From Promethearchaeota archaeon (GTDB lineage Archaea; Asgardarchaeota; Lokiarchaeia; Sigyniarchaeales; SOKP01): a DNA stretch of 64,000 nt. Below are positions 49,721 to 61,100 of this stretch, in pieces. Numbering within the stretch: position 1 is the stretch's first letter; each line of letters begins with the position of its first letter. Position numbers and translations under genes: made by a program. The DNA lies in assembly GCA_048939995.1 (NCBI GenBank), contig JBHLOY010000010.1, positions 64,001-128,000 of the forward strand. Reading direction: 5' to 3'. The notes under the pieces were generated by a model. It was not told the DNA's origin and searched no databases. It worked only from the letters and a program-made list of their open reading frames with translations.

Positions 49721-50653
49721 TCATACCCATAATACATAAAAATCATTATATAACCGGAAAATAATATTAAATATTAGTCTTAAATCTCTATATCTCAACC
49801 TTAGAAATTCAACCCCTATGTATAATTCAATCACAAGATTCTCACGATTATCTAGAAATAAATGAATTTCTTCGCAAAATTGGCTTAAAGCATCCAAATC
49901 ATTTGGAAATGTATTCCATAAATAAAAACTTCTTTTATTATCCTCATTTTCGGGTGGGATTTCTCCTACTTCTGAAATAACTTCTTTAGGGATTATATTT
50001 ATTACATCAACATGGTTATTTTGATTAATTTTTATCTTAACTTCGGGAAAAAAGATTTTTGAGTAAAGATCAATTAAGCATTTTAGTAACTCAAGATTTT
50101 CGATTTCTTCTCTATTAGCATTACAAAGCACATAGCCCTTATCAACAAAAATTACATGCACTTTATCCTCAAATTTAAAAACCATGAAATTTTCATCTTT
50201 TGAAATCAAATACTGGAAATCTTCATCACGATTGTTAATTCGATCATTAAAAATCTTAACTGCATCTTTGAATTCTTTTTTTGAAATGAATTTATTTAAT
50301 TTTCTATAATCTCCATGGAAAAAAACATCTAAAAAATCTATTAAATATAGATAGGAATCTAATGGTCTGTATACTACTGTTTTATTTCGGAAATCACGTA
50401 AAACAATATTTTTATGTACACTATAACAAAATTTCGGTTGATCTTCTATTGTTAAACCACTCAATATTCTTAACTTTAATAAAAATCTCCGCGAACATAA
50501 TGGTGATAAGGTGCATAATATACGATCTACTTGACACTCTTCAAAACATAATCTATTAATTCTTTTATTGAGTAAATCTAATAATTCAAATCTGTTTTTT
50601 GTTTCTGAATCATGATCCAAAAATCTGTTGATATGTTCTGGTTGCAGTGGCAT
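49721..50653 (-). CDS. Hypothetical protein with N-terminal Cys cluster
   Basis: CFEEC..CTLSPLC..FCY; 9 bp from the next gene. Confidence 0.6.
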   Translation of the reverse strand: MPLQPEHINRFLDHDSETKNRFELLDLLNKRINRLCFEECQVDRILCTLSPLCSRRFLLKLRILSGLTIEDQPKFCYSVHKNIVLRDFRNKTVVYRPLDSYLYLIDFLDVFFHGDYRKLNKFISKKEFKDAVKIFNDRINNRDEDFQYLISKDENFMVFKFEDKVHVIFVDKGYVLCNANREEIENLELLKCLIDLYSKIFFPEVKIKINQNNHVDVINIIPKEVISEVGEIPPENEDNKRSFYLWNTFPNDLDALSQFCEEIHLFLDNRENLVIELYIGVEFLRLRYRDLRLIFNIIFRLYNDFYVLWV

Positions 50654-50848
50654 GATTTATAATAGTTAATTCAGTTTAAATTCCATTTAAGTATTATATT
50701 CCATAGAATCTAAAATTTGTCATATTATTTAATTGGATTAATAGAAATATCAAAATTAAAAGTAATGATATTAAAATATATTAGTAAGCAATTTTTATAT
50801 TTTTATTAAGAATTAACGAAGGATTCTTAAAGAGATAGAATAGATAGA

Positions 50849-52357
50849 ATGTTAAGACAATTTCACATTTTTCACAAGGGAGAACCAATTTATAACTTTA
50901 CATACGCAATGGCTCTTGGAGATGAAGAATTAGAAAATGTTAAAAAAACTATCAAATCATATTTGGAGATACCTACTCCAGGGAAGACTGTTCAGAAACC
51001 ATTAGGAGAATATCAAATCTTTCATAGGGGAATCGGAGCATCCTTATTTTTATTAGTTACTGACTTAGTAGATACTCTTGAACAAATAGATGGAATAATA
51101 GATAAAATTATTGATAAATATAAAAAAACTTATTCTGATCCGCTATTAATTAAGAAACAAGATTCAATTTTATCAGAATTTGAATCATTTCTTAGAGAAA
51201 TCCAATATGAATTACACTCGAAGATTTGTATAATCGGCCCAATATCTTCAGGAAAAACTCAATTATATACCCTTTTAAGAGGTAATGGTGAAAAAAATAT
51301 CTTAAGTTTTGCAAAATCTTCAATTTTTCAAATTGATCAATTGAGATTTGATATCTGGGATTTTCAATTAAAAGATAATTTTTCATTATTATGGGCTAAA
51401 TTTATTAGTGGAGCAGATTTAACTTTACTTTTATTTGATTTATCTAATTATCATTTAAGGGTAATTAATCATTTCTTGGATTTATATCGAAAAGAAGCTA
51501 AGCTCTCGAAATTATTAATCATTGGTACTAAGCGTGATCTAGTTCAAGATATGGATCTTAAAATAATTAAGAATGAACTCGGACTTCCTGAATTTAAAGA
51601 TATTTCTCTTTTAGATACTGACGCCAAAAAAAAATTAATCCAAATTATATCATCAGCATTAAAACTCAAAATTTCGCTTCCCTCTAATTTTGAAATCTTA
51701 AGGAAAGAGGCAGAAAGACTGAAAAATCAAGGAAACTTTATTCTTGCTATTGCTAAATATAAGGAACTAATTAATATTTGTAATGCTTATCAAGATTTTA
51801 AATTCATAGCCTCATTTAAACAAGACTTAGAAGAACTTCAGAAAAAAGTAGAAAAAGAAAAAAGAATCAGGAAGCAGATTGATAGTAAAAAGAAGTTTGA
51901 AGTTCCCGGTCAAATTAAATTCACAGACAAAATTACCGTACAACCTTTACCCAAAGATAAAACTAAAATTCTCCCTAAAATAATTCCCAACATAGAGATC
52001 CCAAAAAAAGAGTTTGAGGAATCTAAAACCGAAGAAACGAAAATTGGAAAATTAACTTTATTTAAATCCTCTAAAGAAAAATTAAGGCCTGAGAAAGACG
52101 TTTTGAAGCCTGAAGATATTAAAATTGAACTAAAAGGACCATCTACAGAACCAACATCCATATCTCCAAAAGTTAAGTCATCTGGAGTACAATTTCCAAG
52201 ACAACTTCAAACTATTATCGAGAAGAAAGGAGGTAGCTTAAGTTTAAAATTATGTGAGCATCTTGTTAGCGAATTAGAGACTACTTTAGGAAGACCCTTG
52301 ACAATTGAAGATATTGAAACTGCTGCTAACATTTTCATTAAACAAGAGAATTTATAA
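50849..52357 (+). CDS. Longin-like domain + small GTPase + TPR/MIT-like helices
   Basis: MLRQFHIFHKGEPIY longin-type start; G1 GPISSGKT, G3 WDFQ, G4 TKRD. Confidence 0.75.
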   Translation: MLRQFHIFHKGEPIYNFTYAMALGDEELENVKKTIKSYLEIPTPGKTVQKPLGEYQIFHRGIGASLFLLVTDLVDTLEQIDGIIDKIIDKYKKTYSDPLLIKKQDSILSEFESFLREIQYELHSKICIIGPISSGKTQLYTLLRGNGEKNILSFAKSSIFQIDQLRFDIWDFQLKDNFSLLWAKFISGADLTLLLFDLSNYHLRVINHFLDLYRKEAKLSKLLIIGTKRDLVQDMDLKIIKNELGLPEFKDISLLDTDAKKKLIQIISSALKLKISLPSNFEILRKEAERLKNQGNFILAIAKYKELINICNAYQDFKFIASFKQDLEELQKKVEKEKRIRKQIDSKKKFEVPGQIKFTDKITVQPLPKDKTKILPKIIPNIEIPKKEFEESKTEETKIGKLTLFKSSKEKLRPEKDVLKPEDIKIELKGPSTEPTSISPKVKSSGVQFPRQLQTIIEKKGGSLSLKLCEHLVSELETTLGRPLTIEDIETAANIFIKQENL

Positions 52358-52464
52358 TATTTTATTCTAGTTCAGCTATAGTTCATACTTACTTCTTTTA
52401 AAGTAATAATACATTAAAATAGGCAATAATAAAATTTTTATCAAAAAAGCAGTGATATTAAAAA

Positions 52465-53958
52465 GTGAATGCAATAAAAGAACTATGGGAATATTTTAAT
52501 GAAATAATGCGATTGAATTACATAAGCGCCCTTTTGGGATGGGATCAACAAGTTTATATGCCAAAAGGATCAGTTAGAGGAAGAGCTGAACAATTGGCTC
52601 TTATGCAGAAGCTAATTCATAGTAGTATCAAATCTGAAAAAACTGGGAAATTAATTAAAGACGCTGAAAAGGAACAGAATCTAAATGAAATTGATCGAGC
52701 TATGATTAGAGAAGCAAAAAGAGAATATGAGCATGCAACCAGGATACCAGATGAATTGGTCATTGAAATCGCTAAAACTGCCTCTTTAGGTCACGTAGAA
52801 TGGGAAAAAGCAAGGGAAAAAAGCGATTTTTCCATATTTAAACCTTATCTTGAAAAAATGATAAAATTACAGATTGAATTGGCTGAAAAATTAGATACAG
52901 GTCCTACATTATATTCTACATTAATAGACCTATTTGAACCTGGAGCTACTTATGAGTGGATTTCAAAAATCTTTAATAATCTAAAAACTAATTTGGTTAA
53001 AATAGTAGATAAATTAAATCAGTCTTCTGATAAACCTGACGAATCCATTCTAAAGAAGTATTATCGTCCTGAAAGCCAATGGCAATTAAGCCTTGAAATC
53101 GTTAAAAAATTGGGTTTTAACTTTAATATGGGAAGGCAAGACAAATCCACTCATCCTTTCACTACTTCAATATCCTCAATAGATACTAGAATAACAACTA
53201 GGATTATTGAAAATTTCCTTTCACCTTGTATTTTTTCAACTATTCATGAATGTGGTCATGCTCTCTATCAAATGGGATTTAAAGAAGAACTTCATGATAC
53301 ATTATTAGCTGATGGTTCTTCACTTGGGATTCATGAGAGTCAATCAAGAATGTGGGAAAATATTGTGGGAAGAAGTAGAGAGTTTTGGGTATACTGGTAC
53401 CCTCACTTTCAAAAAGCCTTTCCAGAAAATTTGAAAAATTATCCAATGGAAGAATTTTATAGAGCTATCAATGTAGTTCAACCTTCCTTTATACGAGTAG
53501 AGGCAGATGAAGTAACTTATGCATTACATGTTATCTTAAGATTTGAATTAGAGAAAATGATAATTGAAGATAATTTGCAAGCAGGTGAATTACCAGAATT
53601 ATGGAATAATAAAATGGAAGAATTATTAGGAATTATTCCTCCTAATGATGCACAAGGAGTTCTACAGGATGTTCATTGGTCAGGGGGGGGATTTGGATAT
53701 TTTCCCACATATGCTTTAGGAAACCTTTATGCAGCTCAAATCTATAATGATGCATTGAAGAAATTACCTTTTCTACCAGAAGATTATAAAAAAGGAGAAT
53801 TTAACAACCTTTTGGATTACTTAAAAGAAAATGTTCATCAACATGGCAGGATTTACAGAGCTTCTGACTTAATTAAAAAAATTACGGGAGAAGACTTGAA
53901 TCCAGATTATTTCATTAAATATATACAAGAGAAATTCTATCCCATTTATGGGCTTTAG
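52465..53958 (+). CDS. M32 carboxypeptidase (Taq-type)
   Basis: WDQQVYMP, HPF, HECGH, HESQSR, IRVEADE, QDVHW, GYFPTY. Confidence 0.96.
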   Translation: MNAIKELWEYFNEIMRLNYISALLGWDQQVYMPKGSVRGRAEQLALMQKLIHSSIKSEKTGKLIKDAEKEQNLNEIDRAMIREAKREYEHATRIPDELVIEIAKTASLGHVEWEKAREKSDFSIFKPYLEKMIKLQIELAEKLDTGPTLYSTLIDLFEPGATYEWISKIFNNLKTNLVKIVDKLNQSSDKPDESILKKYYRPESQWQLSLEIVKKLGFNFNMGRQDKSTHPFTTSISSIDTRITTRIIENFLSPCIFSTIHECGHALYQMGFKEELHDTLLADGSSLGIHESQSRMWENIVGRSREFWVYWYPHFQKAFPENLKNYPMEEFYRAINVVQPSFIRVEADEVTYALHVILRFELEKMIIEDNLQAGELPELWNNKMEELLGIIPPNDAQGVLQDVHWSGGGFGYFPTYALGNLYAAQIYNDALKKLPFLPEDYKKGEFNNLLDYLKENVHQHGRIYRASDLIKKITGEDLNPDYFIKYIQEKFYPIYGL

Positions 53959-54042
53959 ATTTTTTCTAAAATCACTTTTTTTCTCTCTTTTACATAAGCT
54001 TTGGGAATTTAAGCAAAAAATTCACTGATTTAAAAATTATTA

Positions 54043-55179
54043 TTAAGTCCTTAATTTTGGGGGAGGCACATAAATTTTCCTCAGTTCTTCTTTAAGTGAA
54101 ATGGCATTCTCTGGACAAAAATAAGCACACACTCCGCATCCAATACAGAACTCAATATTGACTTCTGCTTGATTATTATTTAATTTGATAGCATCCACAG
54201 GGCACTTCTCAACACAGGTTCCACATCCAATACAATTATTGTTAATACTAGCTAAATAATGGGCATAATTAATCATTGCAATCATTCCAGTTTTCCACCA
54301 TTCAAAAGTGCCACAACAATCTTTACAACAATTGCAAATGCTTGTTTCTTCTTTAGTTATATCTGAATGAGGATGAAATGTTTTATGAACTAACCCAGCT
54401 TCCTCACTCTTTTTTAAGATAGTTAGAGCTTCTTGTTTATTGATCATTCTTGCGAAGCCTTGTTCAACAGTATATCGCGCTGATTTCCCAAAAGTAAAAC
54501 AATTCTCCGTTAAGTTAGTTTGCTTACATGGTTGACCCAATAAAGCTTTATGATGTCTGCAAAAGCAATGTCCAACGGCAATGTCATCAAATTTATCTAT
54601 TAGATTCTTAACTTCTTTTGATAATAAAATATTTTCATTTGGGACAGTAATTTCTTCATTAACTATAATCTTAATTTCTTTATCATTTACAGTTTTACCT
54701 ATTATTGGAATGGTTCTATCATAAGGAGCCATGTTCTCAAATATTGGCATTATTGAGTCATACCCATTCTGAATAAAATCTCTTAGCTCTTCAAATAACT
54801 TGGAGAATAACTTTGCTAGAGCTTTTTCTTCTGGAGTATGTTTAATTTTTTTCATATAAACATATTCAAACAAGCCAACCATTACTAAAGGCATTAATCT
54901 ATAGATAATTGGTCCCTTTGAGCTAGGTTGATTAAAAATTAATCCAACTTTAGCTAATTTTTGCACATGAAAGTTAATTTCTTCTTCCGACATCTTACTA
55001 GCTTCCTTTAATTGCTCCAAAGTCATTGAGGTTTTTCGTTTAAAAGCCATAATAAAATCAAGGTCTTCTTCTTCGATGACCATTTTTAGAATTCTAATTA
55101 AAGTCTCATTTATGGGAAAGGGAAAAATGCCAGCTTTTACAATGATACGAGCAGCCTTACGATATTTTTCATCAGACAT
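54043..55179 (-). CDS. 4Fe-4S binding protein with N-terminal HTH-like region
   Basis: CFCR, ICNCCKDCC, two CxxCxxCxxxCP motifs. Confidence 0.85.
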   Translation of the reverse strand: MSDEKYRKAARIIVKAGIFPFPINETLIRILKMVIEEEDLDFIMAFKRKTSMTLEQLKEASKMSEEEINFHVQKLAKVGLIFNQPSSKGPIIYRLMPLVMVGLFEYVYMKKIKHTPEEKALAKLFSKLFEELRDFIQNGYDSIMPIFENMAPYDRTIPIIGKTVNDKEIKIIVNEEITVPNENILLSKEVKNLIDKFDDIAVGHCFCRHHKALLGQPCKQTNLTENCFTFGKSARYTVEQGFARMINKQEALTILKKSEEAGLVHKTFHPHSDITKEETSICNCCKDCCGTFEWWKTGMIAMINYAHYLASINNNCIGCGTCVEKCPVDAIKLNNNQAEVNIEFCIGCGVCAYFCPENAISLKEELRKIYVPPPKLRT

Positions 55180-55419
55180 TTTTGTATTTTTTTATGAAAT
55201 TAGGTAATTCATTATAACTATAAATTTAAAATGTAAATTGATTTAAATCTTTTAACCTTTTTCCCTAAACAATATAAGAAAGGGAAGATATTAATCAAAT
55301 AAAATAGAATATGCTATGATAATTATTGGTTAATAGAAATTTTAAAATTATTCTAAAATAAACTAAAATAAATTAACACTTTTAATCAAAATAAATTATA
55401 TCCTTTAGGTTAGAAAAAG

Positions 55420-56739
55420 ATGGTAAATGTCTTAATAGTGGGACACGGAGCTAGAGAACATGTAATTGGGGAAACTTTAGTTAATAGTGGGGCAAAACTA
55501 TTTGCATTCATGAGTTTTAGAAATGCTGGATTAGATGAATTAAGCGAAGGAAGATTTAAAATTAATTCTGAGACAGATTTTAAAGAAATTATTAAATATT
55601 GCCAAAATAATAAAATTGATTTTGTAATCATCGGTCCTGAAGCTCCTTTAGTAGTCGGAATAGTTGATGCACTCGAAAAAAGTGAGATTCCATGTGTAGG
55701 TCCTAAAATTGAAGCTGCCCAACTCGAGGGTTCAAAAATCTTTACAAGAGGATTATTAGAGAAATACAAAATATCATCAAATGTATTTAGTAAACAATTC
55801 TATTCTATGGAGGGGATTGAGAGTTATGTTAAAGATATGGGAGAAGAAAATATCGTGATTAAACCTGACGGTTTAACTGGTGGAAAAGGTGTTAAAATTT
55901 ACGGTGAACATCTCTTTTCAAAAAAGGACATTATTAATTATTGCAAAGAGTTGATTCAGAAGAAAAGTGGATTTTTATTAGAAGAAAAATGTGAGGGAGA
56001 AGAATTTACTCTTCAGACTTTTGTTGATGGAAATAAGGTTGTAGCAACACCGCTCGTACAAGATCACAAAAGAGCTTATGAGGATGATACAGGTCCAAAT
56101 ACTGGAGGAATGGGATCATATTCATGCTCTGATCATCTTATGCCATTTATAGATAAAGGAGATGTTAATAAAGCTCTTATGGATATGACAAAAGTAATAA
56201 ATGCTGTTAAAAAAGAAACGGGGATTGAATATAAAGGATTTTTATATGGGCAGTTCATGAAAACAGCTAATAATATCAAACTAATCGAGTTTAATGTAAG
56301 GTTTGGAGATCCAGAGGCCATGAATGTATTACCGTTATTAAAGAATAATTTTACAAATATTTGCATGGACATAATGGATGGTAATTTATCATCAAATATT
56401 GAATTTGAGAAACAAGCAACAGTATGTAAATATCTAGCTCCTGAAGGATATCCAGAATCTCCAAAAAAAGATATGATGATTGAAATAGATCACCAGAATC
56501 TAGCTAAGGTCGGTGCAAAGTGTTATTACGCCTCAGTTCATAAGGATGGAGATAAAATCTATACGACCACATCTCGGGCAATAGGAATTTTGGGTATTGC
56601 TGATAACTTAAGCAAAGCTGAAAGCATTTCTGAGCAAGGAGTAAATTGTATAAAAGGAAGATTGTTTCATAGAAAGGATGTTGGTACATTGAAGTTATTA
56701 CAAAAACGAATAGATCATATAAACTCCTTAATGAAATAG
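55420..56739 (+). CDS. purD: Phosphoribosylamine-glycine ligase
   Basis: G.GAREH, GPEAPL, LEGSK, GGKGV, QDHKR, GPNTGGMG, EFNVRFGDPE. Confidence 0.97.
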   Translation: MVNVLIVGHGAREHVIGETLVNSGAKLFAFMSFRNAGLDELSEGRFKINSETDFKEIIKYCQNNKIDFVIIGPEAPLVVGIVDALEKSEIPCVGPKIEAAQLEGSKIFTRGLLEKYKISSNVFSKQFYSMEGIESYVKDMGEENIVIKPDGLTGGKGVKIYGEHLFSKKDIINYCKELIQKKSGFLLEEKCEGEEFTLQTFVDGNKVVATPLVQDHKRAYEDDTGPNTGGMGSYSCSDHLMPFIDKGDVNKALMDMTKVINAVKKETGIEYKGFLYGQFMKTANNIKLIEFNVRFGDPEAMNVLPLLKNNFTNICMDIMDGNLSSNIEFEKQATVCKYLAPEGYPESPKKDMMIEIDHQNLAKVGAKCYYASVHKDGDKIYTTTSRAIGILGIADNLSKAESISEQGVNCIKGRLFHRKDVGTLKLLQKRIDHINSLMK

Positions 56740-56810
56740 TTTTTATGAAGCAAAAACTAAATTATGAAATATAAAAGCTAGATTATAATAAAATCTCTTC
56801 TACTTCTTAA

Positions 56811-57314
56811 TTGAAAATGTCAAAAGAATGGCATGAAAAAAATGCTCACTTTAATTCATTAATTAAACAATTATTTCATGATGGGAATCATGAGAATAGA
56901 GCTAAAGCTGCAAGGCAATTAGGATTTCTAAAAGACGGTCGAGCCGTAAATTTATTATGCCGTGCGCTAAAAAGGGAGTATGATGATTTAGTAATAAATA
57001 GAATTATTGAAGCATTGGGATTAATAGGTGATGGAAGGGCAACCCTAGGAATTTTAGAGAAGCTAAATGACGAATTATCTAAACCAGAAATAGAAATGGA
57101 TAAATTGAGAATAACTTTTATAATTGAGAGTTTAATAGGTCTTAAGGATAAAAGAGCTTTATCATCTATTGGTCGATTATTAGAATCCCATGATGAAAGA
57201 TTAAAGATTCTGGCTAAACAAGCATTTAATGAGATTGAACCAAATTGGCGTAATATTGTTGAGAAAGAACATCAAAAGAAATCAATTCAGGAAATCTTTA
57301 AGATAAAACTGTAA
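56811..57314 (+). CDS. HEAT/PBS-lyase repeat protein
   Basis: RAKAARQLG..D.RAV, IEALGLIGD.RA, LKDKRAL. Confidence 0.85.
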   Translation: MKMSKEWHEKNAHFNSLIKQLFHDGNHENRAKAARQLGFLKDGRAVNLLCRALKREYDDLVINRIIEALGLIGDGRATLGILEKLNDELSKPEIEMDKLRITFIIESLIGLKDKRALSSIGRLLESHDERLKILAKQAFNEIEPNWRNIVEKEHQKKSIQEIFKIKL

Positions 57315-57351
57315 TATTGTGCAATATTTTGTAACCTTATTGAATATAATA

Positions 57352-57960
57352 CTATTTGCTAGAAAATTGATGAAAATATTTTTGTCCTCTGTGAATATAA
57401 TATAATTTTCTCACGTAATAAAAAATGAAATATGTTAGAATAAATACCCAATATCCAATAAAAATTATAAAAAATTGAAACATAACTGGTAGAAATACTA
57501 GTAGAACTAAACTAATCATTATTAAAATTATTAAACATTCAAATGACAATAAAAATGAATACTTTTTTTCTGAAGTTATTTTTCTAAAATTTTCAATTAA
57601 GCTATTTTCTTTTATATTTTCATAGCAATTACAGCATATTAAAGGCATATCAATGTTATATCGTTCTTTTACATATAGCTTATGAATTACAGTAAATATT
57701 CGGTGGATCAAGTTACCACATAACTTACAACGAAACTGAGCTTTAATTCTATCTGATTCAATTTTATTGATTTCTAATGCTGGAAAATAACAATCATTTT
57801 CTCTGTAATGTTGACAAGTTTTGCATGTTAAGATTTTTTCTAGATATTCCTCTTCTGAGCTCGTTTTCCCAGGTTTAATAAAAAAAGCATATTGACTATG
57901 ATACTGACAAAGTACACGTCCTTTATGATCAATCTCAAAAGAAGGTTCTACAAATGACAT
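57352..57960 (-). CDS. Cys-rich hypothetical protein with two C-terminal TM helices
   Basis: CKTC..C, CKLCG, CCNC, hydrophobic tail. Confidence 0.65.
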   Translation of the reverse strand: MSFVEPSFEIDHKGRVLCQYHSQYAFFIKPGKTSSEEEYLEKILTCKTCQHYRENDCYFPALEINKIESDRIKAQFRCKLCGNLIHRIFTVIHKLYVKERYNIDMPLICCNCYENIKENSLIENFRKITSEKKYSFLLSFECLIILIMISLVLLVFLPVMFQFFIIFIGYWVFILTYFIFYYVRKLYYIHRGQKYFHQFSSK

Positions 57961-58166
57961 TATTCCTAATAATGAATCTATCGATAATCAGATAATCATA
58001 ATGGTTTATTTATTTAACGATTTAATTTAATAAGATCTCTTTAATTAAATTTTTCCTATTAAAGTTATGTTATTGGTTTTAAAAGAAAAAATTAATCTTT
58101 AGTATATGATTATTTAGGTTATAAAAATTCATTTCATTCTCAAATTTCATGAGGGTAAATTAAAAT

Positions 58167-61100
58167 ATGACCATTTCAAATGAAAATTATAATTTAATTG
58201 ATATTATCTCGAATAACATTGATGACTTATTGTATATTCTTAATAGTTATTTCGAATGTGAGTACGTAAATGAAAAGGTTCATTTAAATACAATTGGATA
58301 TTCTTGTATGTCAAAAAATTTCACAGAATACGTTTATCTGGGGGATAATAAAAAAGCTATTGAATTTCTAAGGAAAACTTTAAGATCCGGACAAGCTCTT
58401 GAGGAATTTCGGATATTAAGTGAAAATGCCTATAAATATTTTGAGGTGCAAGGAAAGAGATTCTTTGACAAAAATTACAACGCGAAAATATTTCTTATAT
58501 TAAAAGATATTTCTAAACTCAAGGAGTTAGAAGACCAATGGATGAAAAGAACTGAAAAATTAAAAGAGATGACGCAGAGTTTACCAGAGTTGAGATTTTG
58601 GAAACTTTTACAGACTAGAGGGTCAAAGACAGCTATCCAAGAAGCACATCAAATGTTAGATTTGGTTATAGACAGTATTCCTCAGTATATTTTTTGGAAG
58701 GACATTCATTTAAATTATTTAGGTTGTAATAAAAATTATGCTCAAGTTAATGAATTAAAAGATTCTAACTTCATAATTGGAAAAAGAGATGAGGATTTAC
58801 CTTGGCCTAAAAATAATTTGTCTCATATTCAAGAAAAAGAGAAGAATGTGATTGAAGTTAATCAAATTGAGCATTCAGTAGAACTATTAATCTTACCCAG
58901 TGGAAATAAGGGTTGGTTTGAAGTAAATAGAATTCCACTTCATGATTTGGATAATAAAATAATTGGGATTTTATCATCATATAATAACATTACTGATCGA
59001 ATAACAGCTGAACAAAAGTTAAGTCAATCAGAATTGAAATATCGCAGTATTCTTGAAAACATAAAGGAGGGATACTTTGAAGTCGACTTAAAAGGTAATT
59101 TTACTTTTATTAATAATTCTTTCTGTGAGATTTATGGATATAATGAAGATGAGATCCTAGGACGGAATTACAGACGGTTTGCAGACGAGAAGAATAGAGT
59201 AAAAGCGTATGAATCATTTAACCAAGTATATAACACAGGTATTGGGCAGAAATATTTACGATTTGAATTTATGAAAAAGAATGGAGAGATCATATTTCTT
59301 GAAACATCAGCTTATTTAAGATATGATTCAGATGGAAGAAAAATTGGTTTCTATGGAATGGTACATGATATAACCGATAAGTATCATTTAGAACAAGAGT
59401 TAAAACAATCAGAACAAAAATATAGACTAATTTCTGAAAATGCTTATGACTTCATTTGCATAATTAATCAAGAACTCAAATTTGAGTATGCTAATGAACA
59501 ACCTATTTTCAACATTCTAGGTTATAAAATCGAAGAAGTAATTGGAAGTTCAGTACTAAGCATTGTTAAACCTGAAGATAAAAAATTAGCTCATAATGCT
59601 TTAATTCAAGGTTTTAAGGCTGGAGGAGGTACATTAGAACTTAAGATAAAGCATAAATCTGGTAATTGGATCTGGATAGAAGCTAAAGGAAAAACGTTTA
59701 TTGATTTGGATGGCGAAATTAAGGGGATAATAATCGGGAGAGATATTACTGTGAAAAAGATGGCAGAAGAGAAACTGAAAAAGTCTGAAAAACGATTTAG
59801 GCATTTATTCGAGAGTTCGCCATTTACTATTTGGTTATTGAATTCAAATGGGATTGTTATTGACTGTAATCCAACAATGAATAAATTACTTTCAAAATAT
59901 ACTAAAGAGGATATAATAGGTAAGCATTTTACTGAAGTTCTATCAATGTTTGAAAGACCTGAATACTTCATCCCATATTTCAAGAAAAGATTTGATGCCT
60001 TCATTAAAGATGAAAAAGTTGAACCTCTTGAATTCCAGATGACAAGAGGGGATGGGAAAAGTTTATGGTTAACCTTACAAAGTTCTAAAATAATTTTAGG
60101 CGATGAAACTCTAATACAAGTTATCATTCAAGATATAACTGAAAAAAAGAAAGCGGAGGATGATTTAAAGAAGTTAAATAAAGAACTTGAAGAAATTATC
60201 CTTGAAAGGACGAAAGAGTTAAGAGAATCAGAAGAAAAATTCAGAACTATTGCTGAACAGACATCACTAGGTATTACCATAATTCAAGAGGGATATGTTA
60301 AATATACAAATCAAGCTTTATCTGATATCATAGGTTATTCGAATGATGAGATAAAAAATTGGTCAAGAAATGAATTTATTAAGAATATACACCCAGAAGA
60401 TTTACCTTTTGTTTTAGAACAACTACAAAGGAAATTGGGTGGAGAAAATACTTTATTATCTCATCATACAGTTAGAATATTCACAAAATCTGAAGAAATG
60501 AAATGGGTAGAATTACATTCAAAAGCAATTAAATATCAGGGAAAGATAGCAGATTTCATAACATTTATAGACATAACAGATAAGAAAATAGCTGAACAAA
60601 AACTGATTGAATCAGAAGAAAAGTATCGCCACTTATTTGAAAATTCTCCTTATGGTGTTGTATTGATTGATTTTAATGGAACTATAATTGATATTAATAC
60701 TACTACTCCTAAGTTATATGGTTATACAAAAGCGGATTTACTAGGGAAAAACTATCTTGATCTTAAGGAAATATATCCATTAGAGACAAAATCAGCATTG
60801 CGTAATATCACAAGTTTACTAAATAAAGGTGACTTTATATTGCCAAAGATGAAGCCCCAATTGATCAAAATTTATAAGAAAGATGGGACAACCGCTTGGG
60901 TGGAATCAGAGTTATCTTCAATTAAACTTGGTGATCAAATCTTCATACAAATAATTATTCAAGACATCACAGATAAGAAAATAGCTGAACAAAAATTAAT
61001 TGAATCCGAAAAGAGACTCAGAGAACAAAATATAGAATTAAGAGAGTTGGATAAACTTAAGACTGACTTCATCAGCATTGCGGCTCATGAATTAAAGACA

